From NCBI GenBank assembly GCA_964016885.1, contig OZ024741.1:160890001-160954000 (forward strand): a stretch of 64,000 nucleotides of DNA. The letters run 5' to 3'. The notes under the pieces were generated by a model. That model searched no databases. It saw only the letters and a list, made by a program, of their open reading frames with translations, and was not told where the DNA came from. Positions 11,913 through 24,400 of this stretch are shown here, piece after piece; within the stretch, counting starts at the first letter, position 1; every line of letters begins with the position of its first letter. The DNA comes from Eledone cirrhosa (Eukaryota). Made by a program: the position numbers and the translations under genes.

Positions 11913-12439
11913 AAACTATTTCTCACTGGGAACAATTTGTCAGCATTTTCTTTTCCTTTTACCAATATATATATCCTAAACGGACGTTAGTCCGTTTAGT
12001 AATATTGTTGTGGTCGTGTTTTCGTTGGCAATCGTCTGTTTACGACAGCACAGCGCGGCTCTACTTTATTTAACTGAGATAAAACTTATATGAGCATGAA
12101 CAGTAGATCATTACGCATCTTTTGGCTTAAAAATCTAGAAATTTGGTCCAGCGGGAAAAAGTTTATAATCAAAGTTTGCTGATAAATCTTGTGTTCAAGT
12201 GAGTGAGTAGTAATCGTGACGCTAGGGGAGGTAATCCAGAAATGACGTAGCTTTGTCATTAAGCCAGTTGCCTCAACTAGATTGCAATTATACTCAAAAG
12301 AACTTTAAAATGTCAATCACTTGTCAGTAATTCACTATGATCATTTAATTATTAGATAGTTGTTGCTTGCATTGCCTTAAAAAATAGTAGACCAGATAGA
12401 AAAATGCGTACAGCAAAAAAAAGTAATATTGTTGGAATA

Positions 12440-12540
12440 TAAAACTTTAAAAATACAGGACAAGAAACTAAAATAAAACTTTAAAAGAATAGGACAAGAA
12501 ACTAAGATAAAACTTTAAAGAATTGGACAAGAAATAAAAA
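12440..12540. repeat. 3x ~36-bp tandem repeat
   Basis: TAAAACTTTAAA..A.GACAAGAAA(C)TAA repeated three times. Confidence 0.8.
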
Positions 12541-13033
12541 ATTTTACAATAATATTAGTGGCAGCCCCCCCTCCCGTTAGTTACGCCACTGGGTCTGACA
12601 TGGAATAAAAAAAAAATTTGAAATAAAAGTATACTATTGTGATTATTGTGCCTGGCAACAACAGGCTACTCAGGTAATTTATACATAGCAAGATTACACA
12701 CTGTATTTATATAGATATAACTTTATATATAAATTGTATATAATGAATAAAGATATATATGTGTGTGTGTGTGGGGTGGGTGGGGTGCACATGCGCATTC
12801 GTGTATGTGTGTGAGTATACATACACAAAGAGAGGCAGAAAGAGGAGAAGGGTGTGGTCTGGTTGTTATAACTACAGGTTTCACTTAACTATTGCGAGCT
12901 AGTGTTTCAGCTTGCGTGTTCCAGCTACTCGTTCAGGTTAAACTTAAGGTAGGTAGATTATTATTATTTTCTTTTTTATGTGTAGCGTTTTATTCACTGT
13001 TGTATAAATTACATTACAAATTGTTTATAATTC

Positions 13034-13480
13034 GGCATACGTCAAAACGGCCGGTCTCAAAAGTGAAATTAATTTTTGGCAGTTACGTACACGTTATAAG
13101 AGTTATTTAAATTTATATATATAAAATAAAGGAGCAAATAAGAGCATGATATGAAGTCAGTCATGTGTGTGTGTATATATGTGTGTGTAAACGAATGTAA
13201 AAGTACACACACATATACACTTATATATGCACACATACACACTATAATATATACGCGTGTATGTGTATATATGTGTGTGTGTAAAATTCTAGGAAACCTT
13301 ATCTATGCCCTACATATATTCTTTTACATTCGTTTACACACACACACACATGACTGACTTCATATCATGCTCTTATTTGCTCCTTTATTTTATATATATA
13401 AATTTAAATAACTCTTATAACGTGTACGTAACTGTCAAAAATTAGTTTCACTTTTGAGACCGGCCGTTTTGACGTATGCC
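13034..13480. mobile_element. Merlin-like MITE with ~140-bp TIRs
   Basis: GGCATACGTCAAAACGGCCGG... and ...CCGGCCGTTTTGACGTATGCC. Exact 8-bp TSD TATAATTC at 13026-13033 and 13481-13488. Same GGCATAC terminus as the transposase-bearing Merlin at 58427. Confidence 0.85.
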
Positions 13481-13644
13481 TATAATTCTTACAGAATGAA
13501 AATATAAACAGATAATAAATACAATTAACTATTGCTAGGAATCTCACAATTATAATGCATAAAAATATATAATCAGAGTGAGAAAAAAACAAAAACAAAA
13601 ACAACCATCAATTCACTAGCAAGTGCAACAATCAGCCACACCTC

Positions 13645-15400
13645 ATAACGGTCAACGGAAATTTTTGAGGCAAACCCACATGCTGGCAGCATTGCCGCGT
13701 GTGGTGGTGAGGCTATAGTGCTGAAACAACCAGTCACTCTTATTTGTATCACCTGACACCTCAGTAAGGTGAGCCGCCACCGATGACAAGAACTTCGCTG
13801 TCAGTGTCCCCGCTCCACCAAACATCTCGAGCACCACTGGCTGGAAAAAGATAGTTATTTGATAGTTCCCAGTATTTTAGGATTTTATTCTGTTTGGCAA
13901 TGGAAACAGTGACTCTCACATATACTGCGGCAGCCATGATGTGGGAGAGAGCAAAGAGTTACTGACTGTGGTGTCCCAGATGAGACATCTGCTTCTTACC
14001 CTGGGAAAAAGCGTAAGATTATCTGGTTCCTTCCCATCAATTCTAGATAGTCTAGTTGGCTCCAGAACTGTGGCGATATTTGCCTGAGCTAGGGCCCACT
14101 TAAATCAAGTTTAGCTCGGTGTGGTGGGCAAAGCAACCAGCATTCAGGTGGCAAAACAAACCATGGAAGTCTGTAACATTTCAGTAACATTTCAGACCCC
14201 CATAGACATTGGCTCCCACTCAGAGTGCTATGGAGATGCAGAGCTCGTCCAGACTAAGAAGACCACCAATGTTGGGCACAGGCAGGGCATCAACCCAGTC
14301 CCCCGGGAATTTTACACTTGCAGAAAGTAAACAACACTTTTAAAATTGATCAGATTGATCAAAGAGTTAGTTGAAGATTGTCTCATACGCTCTGCTTCCG
14401 TCTATCCTTGTCAGTATCAGGAACTGGTAAACCCAGTTCTCTCCACTGAAGTAAAGCTTCATCCATTTCCCTGGTGGAACTAGACCATGTTAGAAAGGAG
14501 AGGATTTCACCTACTAAAGTGGAGCAAGCATAGATGGAGGAAAGAAAGCAAGGTAGAGACAGAGACAAGCATTTACACAGACCAAGACCTTCAAACCATT
14601 TGGGCAAGGCAGCCTGGTCACGGGACTCTGGAGAGAGTCTGACATTGATCAGGACCTCGAATTCACTGAACATTGAGTCATCAAAGCATTGGAGAGACAA
14701 CAAGAATCTGTATGAGGGACTAACTCTGAGGAAATATAACAACTTAGGAATCAACAAGTAATTCTTAAGTATAAAAAAATCCTTGGTGAGGCTTAATAGG
14801 CTAAAGGTTTTTTTAAAAGTTGCTCGAGGTTAGCCGACTTAGATTGAAAGATGGACTCCAAGGCTTGGTCAGAAATTGGGGCTCCAAGGGAGCACCACAT
14901 TGAAAGAGGGGGAAGGAATCTGTAAACAGTTTTACAGTCAGCTGATAGGAAGTTGAGTGGTTGAGGAGTCAGAGATTGCATTTGGAACTGTTGACATGAC
15001 GGCCCCTACAACCCAATTCCTCAGTCATTGTCTTTGCGATTGCAAGGACCTTATCTGGAGGGCCACCAACACGCATCATCCAGATACTAGACATTCAAAT
15101 CCTGGTCAGCTCCCATCTTAATGACATTATCAATAGTGTGAAAAGAGCAGGTCCAAGCAGGTCACCATGTTGAACCCCCGAGGCAGGTAGGATAAAATGA
15201 TCACCTAAGGAGAAGTAGGAAGGCTCCTGATATGCTTGCCAAGCAAAGTGGAAGTGGTAAAGCAGTGGGGCTCTCTCCTTTACTGAATGGAGGATGACAT
15301 CACAACTGATGGAATTAAAGGCAAGGGAATAAGAACAGTTTCTGCTAATCCAAGGTGTTGTTGGATAGGCAGACATTCTTTAACATCTTGAGGGAGCATG
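13645..15400 (-). mobile_element. CRE-like non-LTR retrotransposon remnant (RT plus RLE)
   Basis: AFNSISCDVIL, SGVQHGDLLGPALFTL (RT), LGAPI, IPKLLYFLRVSP, QAALP..GLGL, and FQPVVLEMFG...WLFQHYSL..RGNA. Many stops. Confidence 0.8.
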
Positions 15401-15836
15401 ACCAAAACAAATCAGAACTCCCTTTGGAATTCAGTTGAGTTTCAACTTGGACAAGCCTTGAAGGGCAGCAGCAAAATTCTCACTAGGGATCTGGATGTCA
15501 GAGCAAGGTTCTGACCTATGAAGTAAGTCAGAGCTGAAGTTGCAATACTGGTTACACGTCCAGTTTGAAAAACTTTTGGTTTGAACCTTAGTAATACCAA
15601 TTCAGCTCCTGCTACATAAGTGGCATTTGATGGTCTTCAAATACCAACTTGTGTGGGTGCAAATTACACAAATTGGTGGTGAATTGGCAGCATCATATTT
15701 ATTATTTTTCATTCTTTTCAAAAATTTCAGAATTTTATAACTACCCTTGTGTTTCTATAATTTCTGCTATTTACACATTCCATTGTAGTTTTATGCTAAT
15801 TAATGTAATATATGTATCATTGTTATTTCTGTTTAG

Positions 15837-15912
15837 ATCACAGTTGTCGGTCGAGTTAACTCCAAGTAAAAATGTCAGAAAAGAAAAAGATTTGCGTAGT
15901 CATTGAGTACTG
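15837..15912 (+). CDS. Selenoprotein first coding exon (35 nt of 5' UTR, then MSEKKKICVVIEY + TG)
   Basis: Acceptor tttctgtttag|ATCA. ATG at 15872 in AAAAATG context. Donor TACTG|gtaaat splits the Cys codon (phase 2). Confidence 0.85.
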
Positions 15913-18351
15913 GTAAATATAACTATATATATATTTCTTTAAAAAAAAACCCAAACCTCAGGGCAACTGTCAGCTTTTTTTTCAATATCTTTCTTTTGTT
16001 AATGTACTTTTATTTGATTTTATATGTTTGTATTTTATCTATAAAAGTTGTTCAAATATGTTACGTAGAGAAGATCCATGTTAAAAATTTACCTTTGCAA
16101 CTATTGTATACTATTGACATTACCGTAATACTAAGTTGTTTTTGTTTAGTTCTAAGTTTTTGTTTAGTCCTTTACAAATGCATTCCCTCCAATCTCATCT
16201 TTTCTCAGGCATAATGTTGCTACAAACTTTGGAAAAGAAAAACGTAACAGACGTTATTTATCACAAGGCAAACAAATGCTAATCCTAAGTCCCCCTACTA
16301 CACACTGTAACATGGTTGGTCATAGGAAGAGCATCCAGCTGTGGAAAGATGGCCAGAGAGAGGTTTGTGGGGCCCCATCAGTTATGTTAAAATATGACAA
16401 CCTCACTAGTACTGGTACCATGATAAAATACAATTGGCAGAGCACAGGGCCATTTGTAAGTGAGATGCGAACTCCTGGCCTGTCTGGGAGTTCAGTAGAC
16501 CTGCTTCAGTACTGATTCGATTTGTGAAGACATGTCCAACTCTTGCTAGCAGTAAAAGTGGACATTAAATGATATATATATATACACATATATATGAGTA
16601 TATGTCTATATATATATATATATCATCGTCATCACCATCACCGTTTTATGTCCATTCTTCCACGCTAGCATGGGTTAGATGGGTTGTCCTGTTGTGGGTA
16701 GTGCCAGGTCGGGTGACCTTGACTTGCTCATACGGGAACTGATTTGGCTTGATTTCTACAACTGGATGCCCTTCCTAACACAAACCTCATTTACAGTGAG
16801 TGCTGGGTGCTTTTTTTCCGTGGCGCCTAGGCGACCACTTTACAGTGTGGGCTGGGAGCTTTTTAGCCGTGACACTTCCACAATATATATATGTATATAT
16901 ATCAGTTCAAGGTTCAATCGGGGGTAACCACAATTATTAAGGTACTCAATACATTAGTAGAGTGTAAACATCAAGTTTAATATGGAAATGGCTTCTACAG
17001 GGCTAGAACTGTTTCATTCAGAAGAAATCATCAATACCAATATATATAATCTCAATTTGCTAGACCAACTAAAATAAGTCTGTTTTACTCCTACAGTTCC
17101 CTGACCATGGTTTCTGGATTTCAAAAAACAACACTAACTATTCCAATACATTAGTCAGTCTAGCTCATATCCCCCCAAATTGAGATTTTGGCTTAAGTTT
17201 AATATATTTTATGTGTGCGTGTGTGTATAAAAATTTATATATCATCATCATTCATCATCATTTCATTTTACGTCCGCTTTTTCCCTGCTTGCAAGGGTGG
17301 GACGGGAACTGATTTTGGCTTGATTTCTACAGCTGGATGCCCTTCCTAACACCAACCTCATTTACAGTGAGTGCTGGGTGCTTTTTTGCCGTGGCACCTC
17401 CACGACCACTTTGCAGTGGAATGATATGGACCCCAGTCCCTATCATCTCATTTCTACAGCTGAGTAAACTGGAGCAATGTGAAATAAAGTGTCTTGCTCA
17501 AGGAAACAACACATCACCCAGTCTGAGAATTGAACTCACAACCTTTCGATTGCAAGGCCAATGCTCTAACCACTAAGCCATGTGCCTATATATATATATA
17601 TATGTATTTATATATATTTTTAATTATTACATATATATTTGTATATATATAAGTATATATTTGTGTGTATATATATATATATATGTATGTATGTATTTAT
17701 AAATAAAATACAGAGTTATTATAACTCATATTGATACCCGGCAATTAACAAGCTCAAAGTATAAATACTGAGCATTGAGTTCAAATCCCGCCAAGGTTAA
17801 CTTTGTCTTTCATTCTTATGGGGTCGATAAAATAAAGTACCAGTAATACACTGGGTAATTGCTAGCCTTGTGCCAAAAGTAGAAACAATTATATAATAAT
17901 ATATGTAGAAATAAACACAATTTTCAGGGCGAAACGGATTAAATCTCTAATCTGTCCGAGAGATGAAATGGTTTTTGATACGGTCAGTATAGAATTATAT
18001 CCTACTGTATGTTTAAGATTAAATATATAAAACATTTGTGGCATTTTCTACCCTTGTAATTTTAGACACGGAATTTACTGTGTTTATTTCTACATATATT
18101 ATTATATGTATTTATATATATTTTTTATTATTACATATATATTTGTATATATATAAGTATATGTTTGTGTGTGTATATATATATATAACTAATAAATAGT
18201 TTATCACTCTACATGGCTGAATACAATAAATCTAATCTGAGTTTTTTGAATATTAATAATAATATTCGATTTGTTTGCAATTATGCAAACAGCCTCTTTA
18301 AAGCCATGTCAGTAGAATGATCCCACAATTCTTGCTCTTGTGTTGGCATGT

Positions 18352-18442
<91 letters not shown>

Positions 18443-21400
18443 TATGAAGGATGACAGCTGCATAAAAAGGTGCAGAGCACTAGAAGTCGATGGAAACTGC
18501 GGAGTGGAGAGACCCAAGATGACCTGGGATGAGGTGATAAAAGCCGACCTTACACAATTACACCTCTCAAAGGCAATGACACACGACCGTGACCTCTGGC
18601 GTCACGCAGTAATACAGAGTACCCGACCTCCCATGGGTACATGCTGAAGCATATAGACAATATGCCCCCACACCCTCCCACTGCAAGGTGGTCGTGGAGG
18701 TGCCACGGCAAAAAAGCACCCAGCCTAGACTGTAAAGTGGACGTGTAGGCGCCACGAAAAAGCACCCAGCACTCACTGTAAATAAGGTTGGTCCATGTGA
18801 CTGAATGTAAGCAAAATGTAGACTTTTGGTCTATTAGAAGACCTGGTTTAGTACTGACTTGATCTGTGAAGACCAGTCCAACCAAGGCTAGCAGGGAAAA
18901 TGGATTTTAAATCATGATGATGATGATAGTTATATGTGTGTGATGATAATTATGTGTATATATGTAGGTGTCACAACAAAAAGCACCCAGGCCACACTGT
19001 AAAGTGGTTGCATAGGTGTCACAACAAAAAGCACCCAGCCCATACTGTAAAGTGGTTGCATAGGTGTCACAACAAAAAGCACCCAGCCCATACTGTAAAG
19101 TGGTCATGTAGGTGTCACAACAAAAAGCACCCAGCCCACACTGTAAAGTGGTCGCGTAGGTGTCACAACAAAAAGTACCCAGCTCACACTGTAAAGTGGT
19201 CGCGTAGGTGTCACAACAAAAAGTACCCAGCTCACACTGTATATGTGTTTGGCGTTAGGAGGGGCATCCAGCTATAGAAATCTATATGAGTGAGACACTG
19301 CCACCTTGCCCATTTAACCCATTTATGGGTTAAACGGGCAAGGTGGCAGTGTCTCACTCATATAGATGTCTATAGCTGGATGCGTGGACGTTAAGCAATG
19401 ATGATGATGATGATACACATGTATATATGTATAAATATATGTATGTCATCACCATCATTGACTGATAGACAAAAATATTGCTTATTCATTGTTAACATTC
19501 AACAATTAGACAACAAATGAAATGCTAACCACTCATATTCCTAGCATGATTTAAACTTCTCTGTAGCAACCATAATTCTTTTACAAACTTTTGATTTTAA
19601 CATTCTTTTATTAGTCCTCCTCTCTCCTCACACACACAAACAGTTACAGACACAGGCATACACACACATACATTAATTATCATCATCATCGTCACTGTTA
19701 CTGTCCCCACCACCATCATTATCATCATCACTATTAACATCAATTTTTCATACTTGAACAATGTATAACAATATTCCTTATTTATTGTTTTTCTCCAATT
19801 TAACATTCAACAATTAACCAACAAATTGGATGTTATCCATTTGTATTTCTAGTGTGATTTAAACTTTCCTGTACCAACTATAATTCTTTTACTTGATTTT
19901 TATTTTAATATTCTCTTATTAGTCTCCCATCTACCCTCACACACTCACACATACTTTTATCAACATCATTGTCGTCACTGCTGCAATCATCACCATCATT
20001 GTCTAATAATTTTTGGGGAATTAGACATGATGGATTGTCTTGCAATCTGAATGCAGGTTGCTTTGCTTCTCATACCAAACTAAAACAGAGCACTAGCCTG
20101 GAATTTGTAGCAGTAATTAATCTCTTGTTTTGATGTTAACAAAGTAGATCAGAGTAACCACATATGCTGACCTCTGGGCAACACATTGCTCATTTTCTTT
20201 TGTTTCAAAATGTGGCAGCTCCTGGTCTAGAGAAGGGAGTATTTGCAGTTTATCAGAGATTAAGTACTGTATTTCCTGGCATCAAAGATGCTACTTTTTT
20301 CCCAGAGTAAGTCTCAAAAATCTACCATGCGTCCTGGAGGCCGAAGGTTGTTTATTATTTTTTTTTCAAATTTTGGGTTGTCAAAATTAGGGTACATCCT
20401 TGAGGATGAAGCATCTTTGGCGCCAGGAAATACGATAGCTTCTACACACATTCTTCTCTTGTCTCTCAAAAAGGAGACATCACACGGAGTTACTCTAGCA
20501 AGTAGAGAGATGTAACACTTAGCCAAACATTATGGTTCTCTCGACAAGAACCTGACAGCAATTCTTTCATTAGCACTTCAACACCTCTCAGTCATCTGCC
20601 TTTTCTCTTAGACAACACAGCTTCTTTACCACTGCATTTGTACAACACAACCTCACCATAACAGAGTTTACTACTACCTCTGTTGGTACATACTATCTGA
20701 CTACAACTTGTCACTTTTTGAAGAGAACAACGCATGGTAAACAAATAGACTCCTGCTCAACACAGAAGCCTTATTGAACACTATATTCATTTGTGAAAAC
20801 TACAATCAAACTTTATATTGACGATTCGAAGCAATCGTAATTTTTTCCTTTCTGCTGAAGTGAAGTAAAGATATAAATTCAATCAGAATTATTGGTATTT
20901 GTCATGTTTATCATCCTCTTCCAAAACAACCAAAATTTAATTTCAAATTGTAGCCACTGCTGCTGTCATCACCGTCATCGTCTAATCATTTTTGGTGGAT
21001 TTAGACATGATGGACTGTCTTGCTATCTGAATGCAGGTTGCTTTGCTTGTCATACCAAACTAAAGCAGAACACTAGCCTGGAATCTATCCAGGATTCAAT
21101 TTTATTCTATCATCTGCTCCATAGTTTTCTGTTTCCCACTGTAAACAAAGAACCAATTCATCAGCAAAGAACAGTTAACAAAGGGATAGTACAACTCAGC
21201 ATCATTACCCCAGTGATGTGGATCTGGATGGAATGGGGGAAGCGTTTTCTTATGTATGGGAGCCCATGTGCAAAGTGCCATGTGGTCCCAGTGAACAGAA
21301 TGGATAAAACATTGCCATGGGGGATGGTGAGGGAGATGCATTGGAATGGCCATTCCAACTCACAGGGTTCACTCCTACAGATGACCAACTCTGCTGCAAT

Positions 21401-24400
21401 AGTAGTAAGTAGGGATGTGGACTGGGGGTCAAAATCACCGGAAGTCTCAACTGCTTCAGGATTGATCATAAATCTATTGGAGAGCAATTGATATTTTGAT
21501 AATTTTCCCTCTTTTGTCTGATGAGCAGCAAAGCCTAGGTTAGTTGTTAAATGAACCATGTTGCTGCTGAAGAAAGTGTCACACAATGTAACATCCCAGA
21601 TGAGGGGTTTATCACTGCAGAACAGGAAGATTATTAGGCTGTCTGGCCTTTTGCCATTCCCTTGGTTCAGCCCCACTGGCTCAAACTGGGAAAGGAAGCC
21701 TGCAGTGTTCTAGCCACGCTTTATGATCTCCAAAAATTGAAGATGGCAATGATGGAGAGAGAAGTGCTATGGACATCATGTCACATACATTGACAACCTG
21801 ATGTGGGATACTGGCCTGAAATCTACATACCAACTGAAGATGGTAATGATAGACAGAGAAGTGTGTAAAATAGACATTTTTTTGACCTGATGGCAGCTGG
21901 GCCTAACTAACTACTGTGTGAAAATAGAAATATAAAAAAAAGTGAAATAGAACAGTTACAAGAAAAAAAATAAACTGTATATTATATAGTTGGGGATAAT
22001 TAAAGAAGATCAACTAATTATGAATGTTAAAATGGTGTATCTGGTTCATAAGAGACACAATGTATCTTTACCTGTTGTAAGTTAGGACTAAAATGAAGAG
22101 CATCCGGTCATAAAACATTGTCTCAAAAAGGACCCCATGATGCATATGATTAAGCATATCACAGTCTATTACCACATTCTTCATAAAGTACACTACTTAT
22201 GATTTTCTATTACTTTTGAAAATTATTAAGAATTTGAAGGGATTAACATGGTACGTGAAACAATAAAATATTTCTTAAATAAAATTATGATGGAAGCTTT
22301 AAATTTAAATATGAATATTTAACATCAATAGCTTTGTATCATAGAACTAGGTGTCATTAGAACATTGGGTAGAGTGCTTTATGGTATTCATTCCAGCTCT
22401 CTGCTCTCTGAGATCAAGTGTAGCTGAAGTCAACTTTGCCTTTCTTCTTTTTGAGGTTGATAAAAAAAAGTATCAATCCAGTACTGGGGTCAATTCTTCC
22501 TCTTTATTTCTTACTCACTCCCTCTCTCTTACTCTCTCCTTTGGAAAAAATTGGCTGTGGGGAGGGGATGGATGTATATCACTACTGTGCTCCCACAACT
22601 ACACCAGGAGTCCATACATACATCATAGGACAATGTGTAGTTTCAAGAGGGCTAATATCAAGAGGGTAACTATGCTCCTTGATTTTATAGAAATTTAGAT
22701 TCTTTATGAAATCTAAACAAAGTAGGAACATTGAATATGAATAAATCTTTAATCTTTATCTCCTTTTCCTCATTTTACAAATTTGATATCTCAGTTTATC
22801 CCTAACTATCTTATCTAGCTATTTTTCTCACTGATTTTGTCTTATAGCCAAGGATGAGGTGGACAGCGAACGATGGAGTCACTTCGTGATGAAATCCTTA
22901 AAAATGTTTCTGAAGCCGAAGTAAAAACCATTGTTAGCAGTAGAAAAGGTATGATTTATTTTATTACATATGCATCATTTGACTATTCTTTCATTCTTTT
23001 ACTGGTTTCAGACATATGAGCAAATGTCACATTTAAAAATAGAAAGATATAACAGTGTCATGTGAAAATGTTTAATGGAATTACAGCTATTAGTTTGCAT
23101 ATAGAAAAACAGAGACATAACTATGTCATTTAGCCAGGCGGAAAGACCTAAAATGTACAAAGAAGAAATCTAGAGGCGTATTTTGTTTTTTAAATCAGCA
23201 GAATACTTGAATAAATATTTCTTACCACCATGTATACAAAATTGGGCTGATCGAATAAATTCAAAATTAAGGATACTGATTGGCAGTATCGGTAGAGCGT
23301 TGGATACCATGCTTTGAGGCATAGATTTATGGACCTTTACGTTCTGAGTTCAAATCCTGCTGAGGTTAGCTTTGCCTTTCATCCTTACGAGGACGATAAA
23401 ATAAAGCACCAGTAATGCACTGGGGTCAGTTTAATCGACTTTCCCCCTCCTGCTTCAAATTGCTGGCCTTGTGCCTAAAGTAGATACAATTATCTACCAT
23501 AGTTTGTGCATTAAACTATTTAAAGACAATGATCCACTGTCCATCCTTGTAAATATATATATGCGTGTAATCCCCTATATTTGTTTATCCAGGAATAAGA
23601 ATTAGTACACATGTACAGATATATTAATGTCCATTCATAATGACTTTCATGGATATGCACATGTTTGTGTATATTTGTATGGATATACACACATATACAC
23701 ACATTACTGCATGAATATGTACATAGTCATACATGTCCTCACATATATATGTGCTTACATGTGTGTTTATAGAGATGTGCAAAAATGTACAATATAAAAA
23801 ATATATAAAAAAAGAAGAATGTAAAGTCAAAGTTAAATATGATTGTTGTTTAGTGTTGCATCATGGCATATTTCATCTGCATTCTGTTATGGTGTATACT
23901 GCTCTTATCCATTTGGATATGATGCTGCTAGTTGTGAAATTGCCTCTGATTTTTTGTTTGAAATACATTTGTTCAAAATACAATTGGCAAAAATGGGGTT
24001 CCTCCGAAGGGTTTTTAGAGTAACGTTACTCAATAGAGTGCATAGTTTGGAGATCAGGGAGTCACTTCAGGTAGAGCTACTATTTAACTGAATTGAGAGA
24101 TCACAGCTCCGATACTATGGGTATGTGGTTAGAATGTCTCAGGAAAGAATCCCTGGACAGATTTTATGGGCAAAACCAACCGGCAGGAGACCCAGGGTTA
24201 GACTCCGAGCAAGATGGCTGGATAATATCTATGAGCTTGGCTGGTCTTGCTTGGGGATGGTTGGAGATGGTTGCTTCTGACAGGACCTGCTGAAAGGAGT
24301 GTTTGCAGACTCTGGTTTTGTTGCTGTTGTAAAATTTAGCTTGAGCCAGGATCTCCAAATGTAACCTATATTAGATGTTTCTATATTTCAAACTCCAGAT

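Noticed and set aside
18964-19242. CRISPR-like regularly spaced repeats (also 32990-33470)
   Set aside because: Units are contiguous tandem copies with no unique spacers and no cas genes. The context is eukaryotic and the unit derives from a SINE.
22855-22857. TGA as a pseudogenising nonsense mutation
   Set aside because: It falls exactly at the Sec position of CxxU, the rest of the frame and splice sites are intact, and a SECIS is present downstream.
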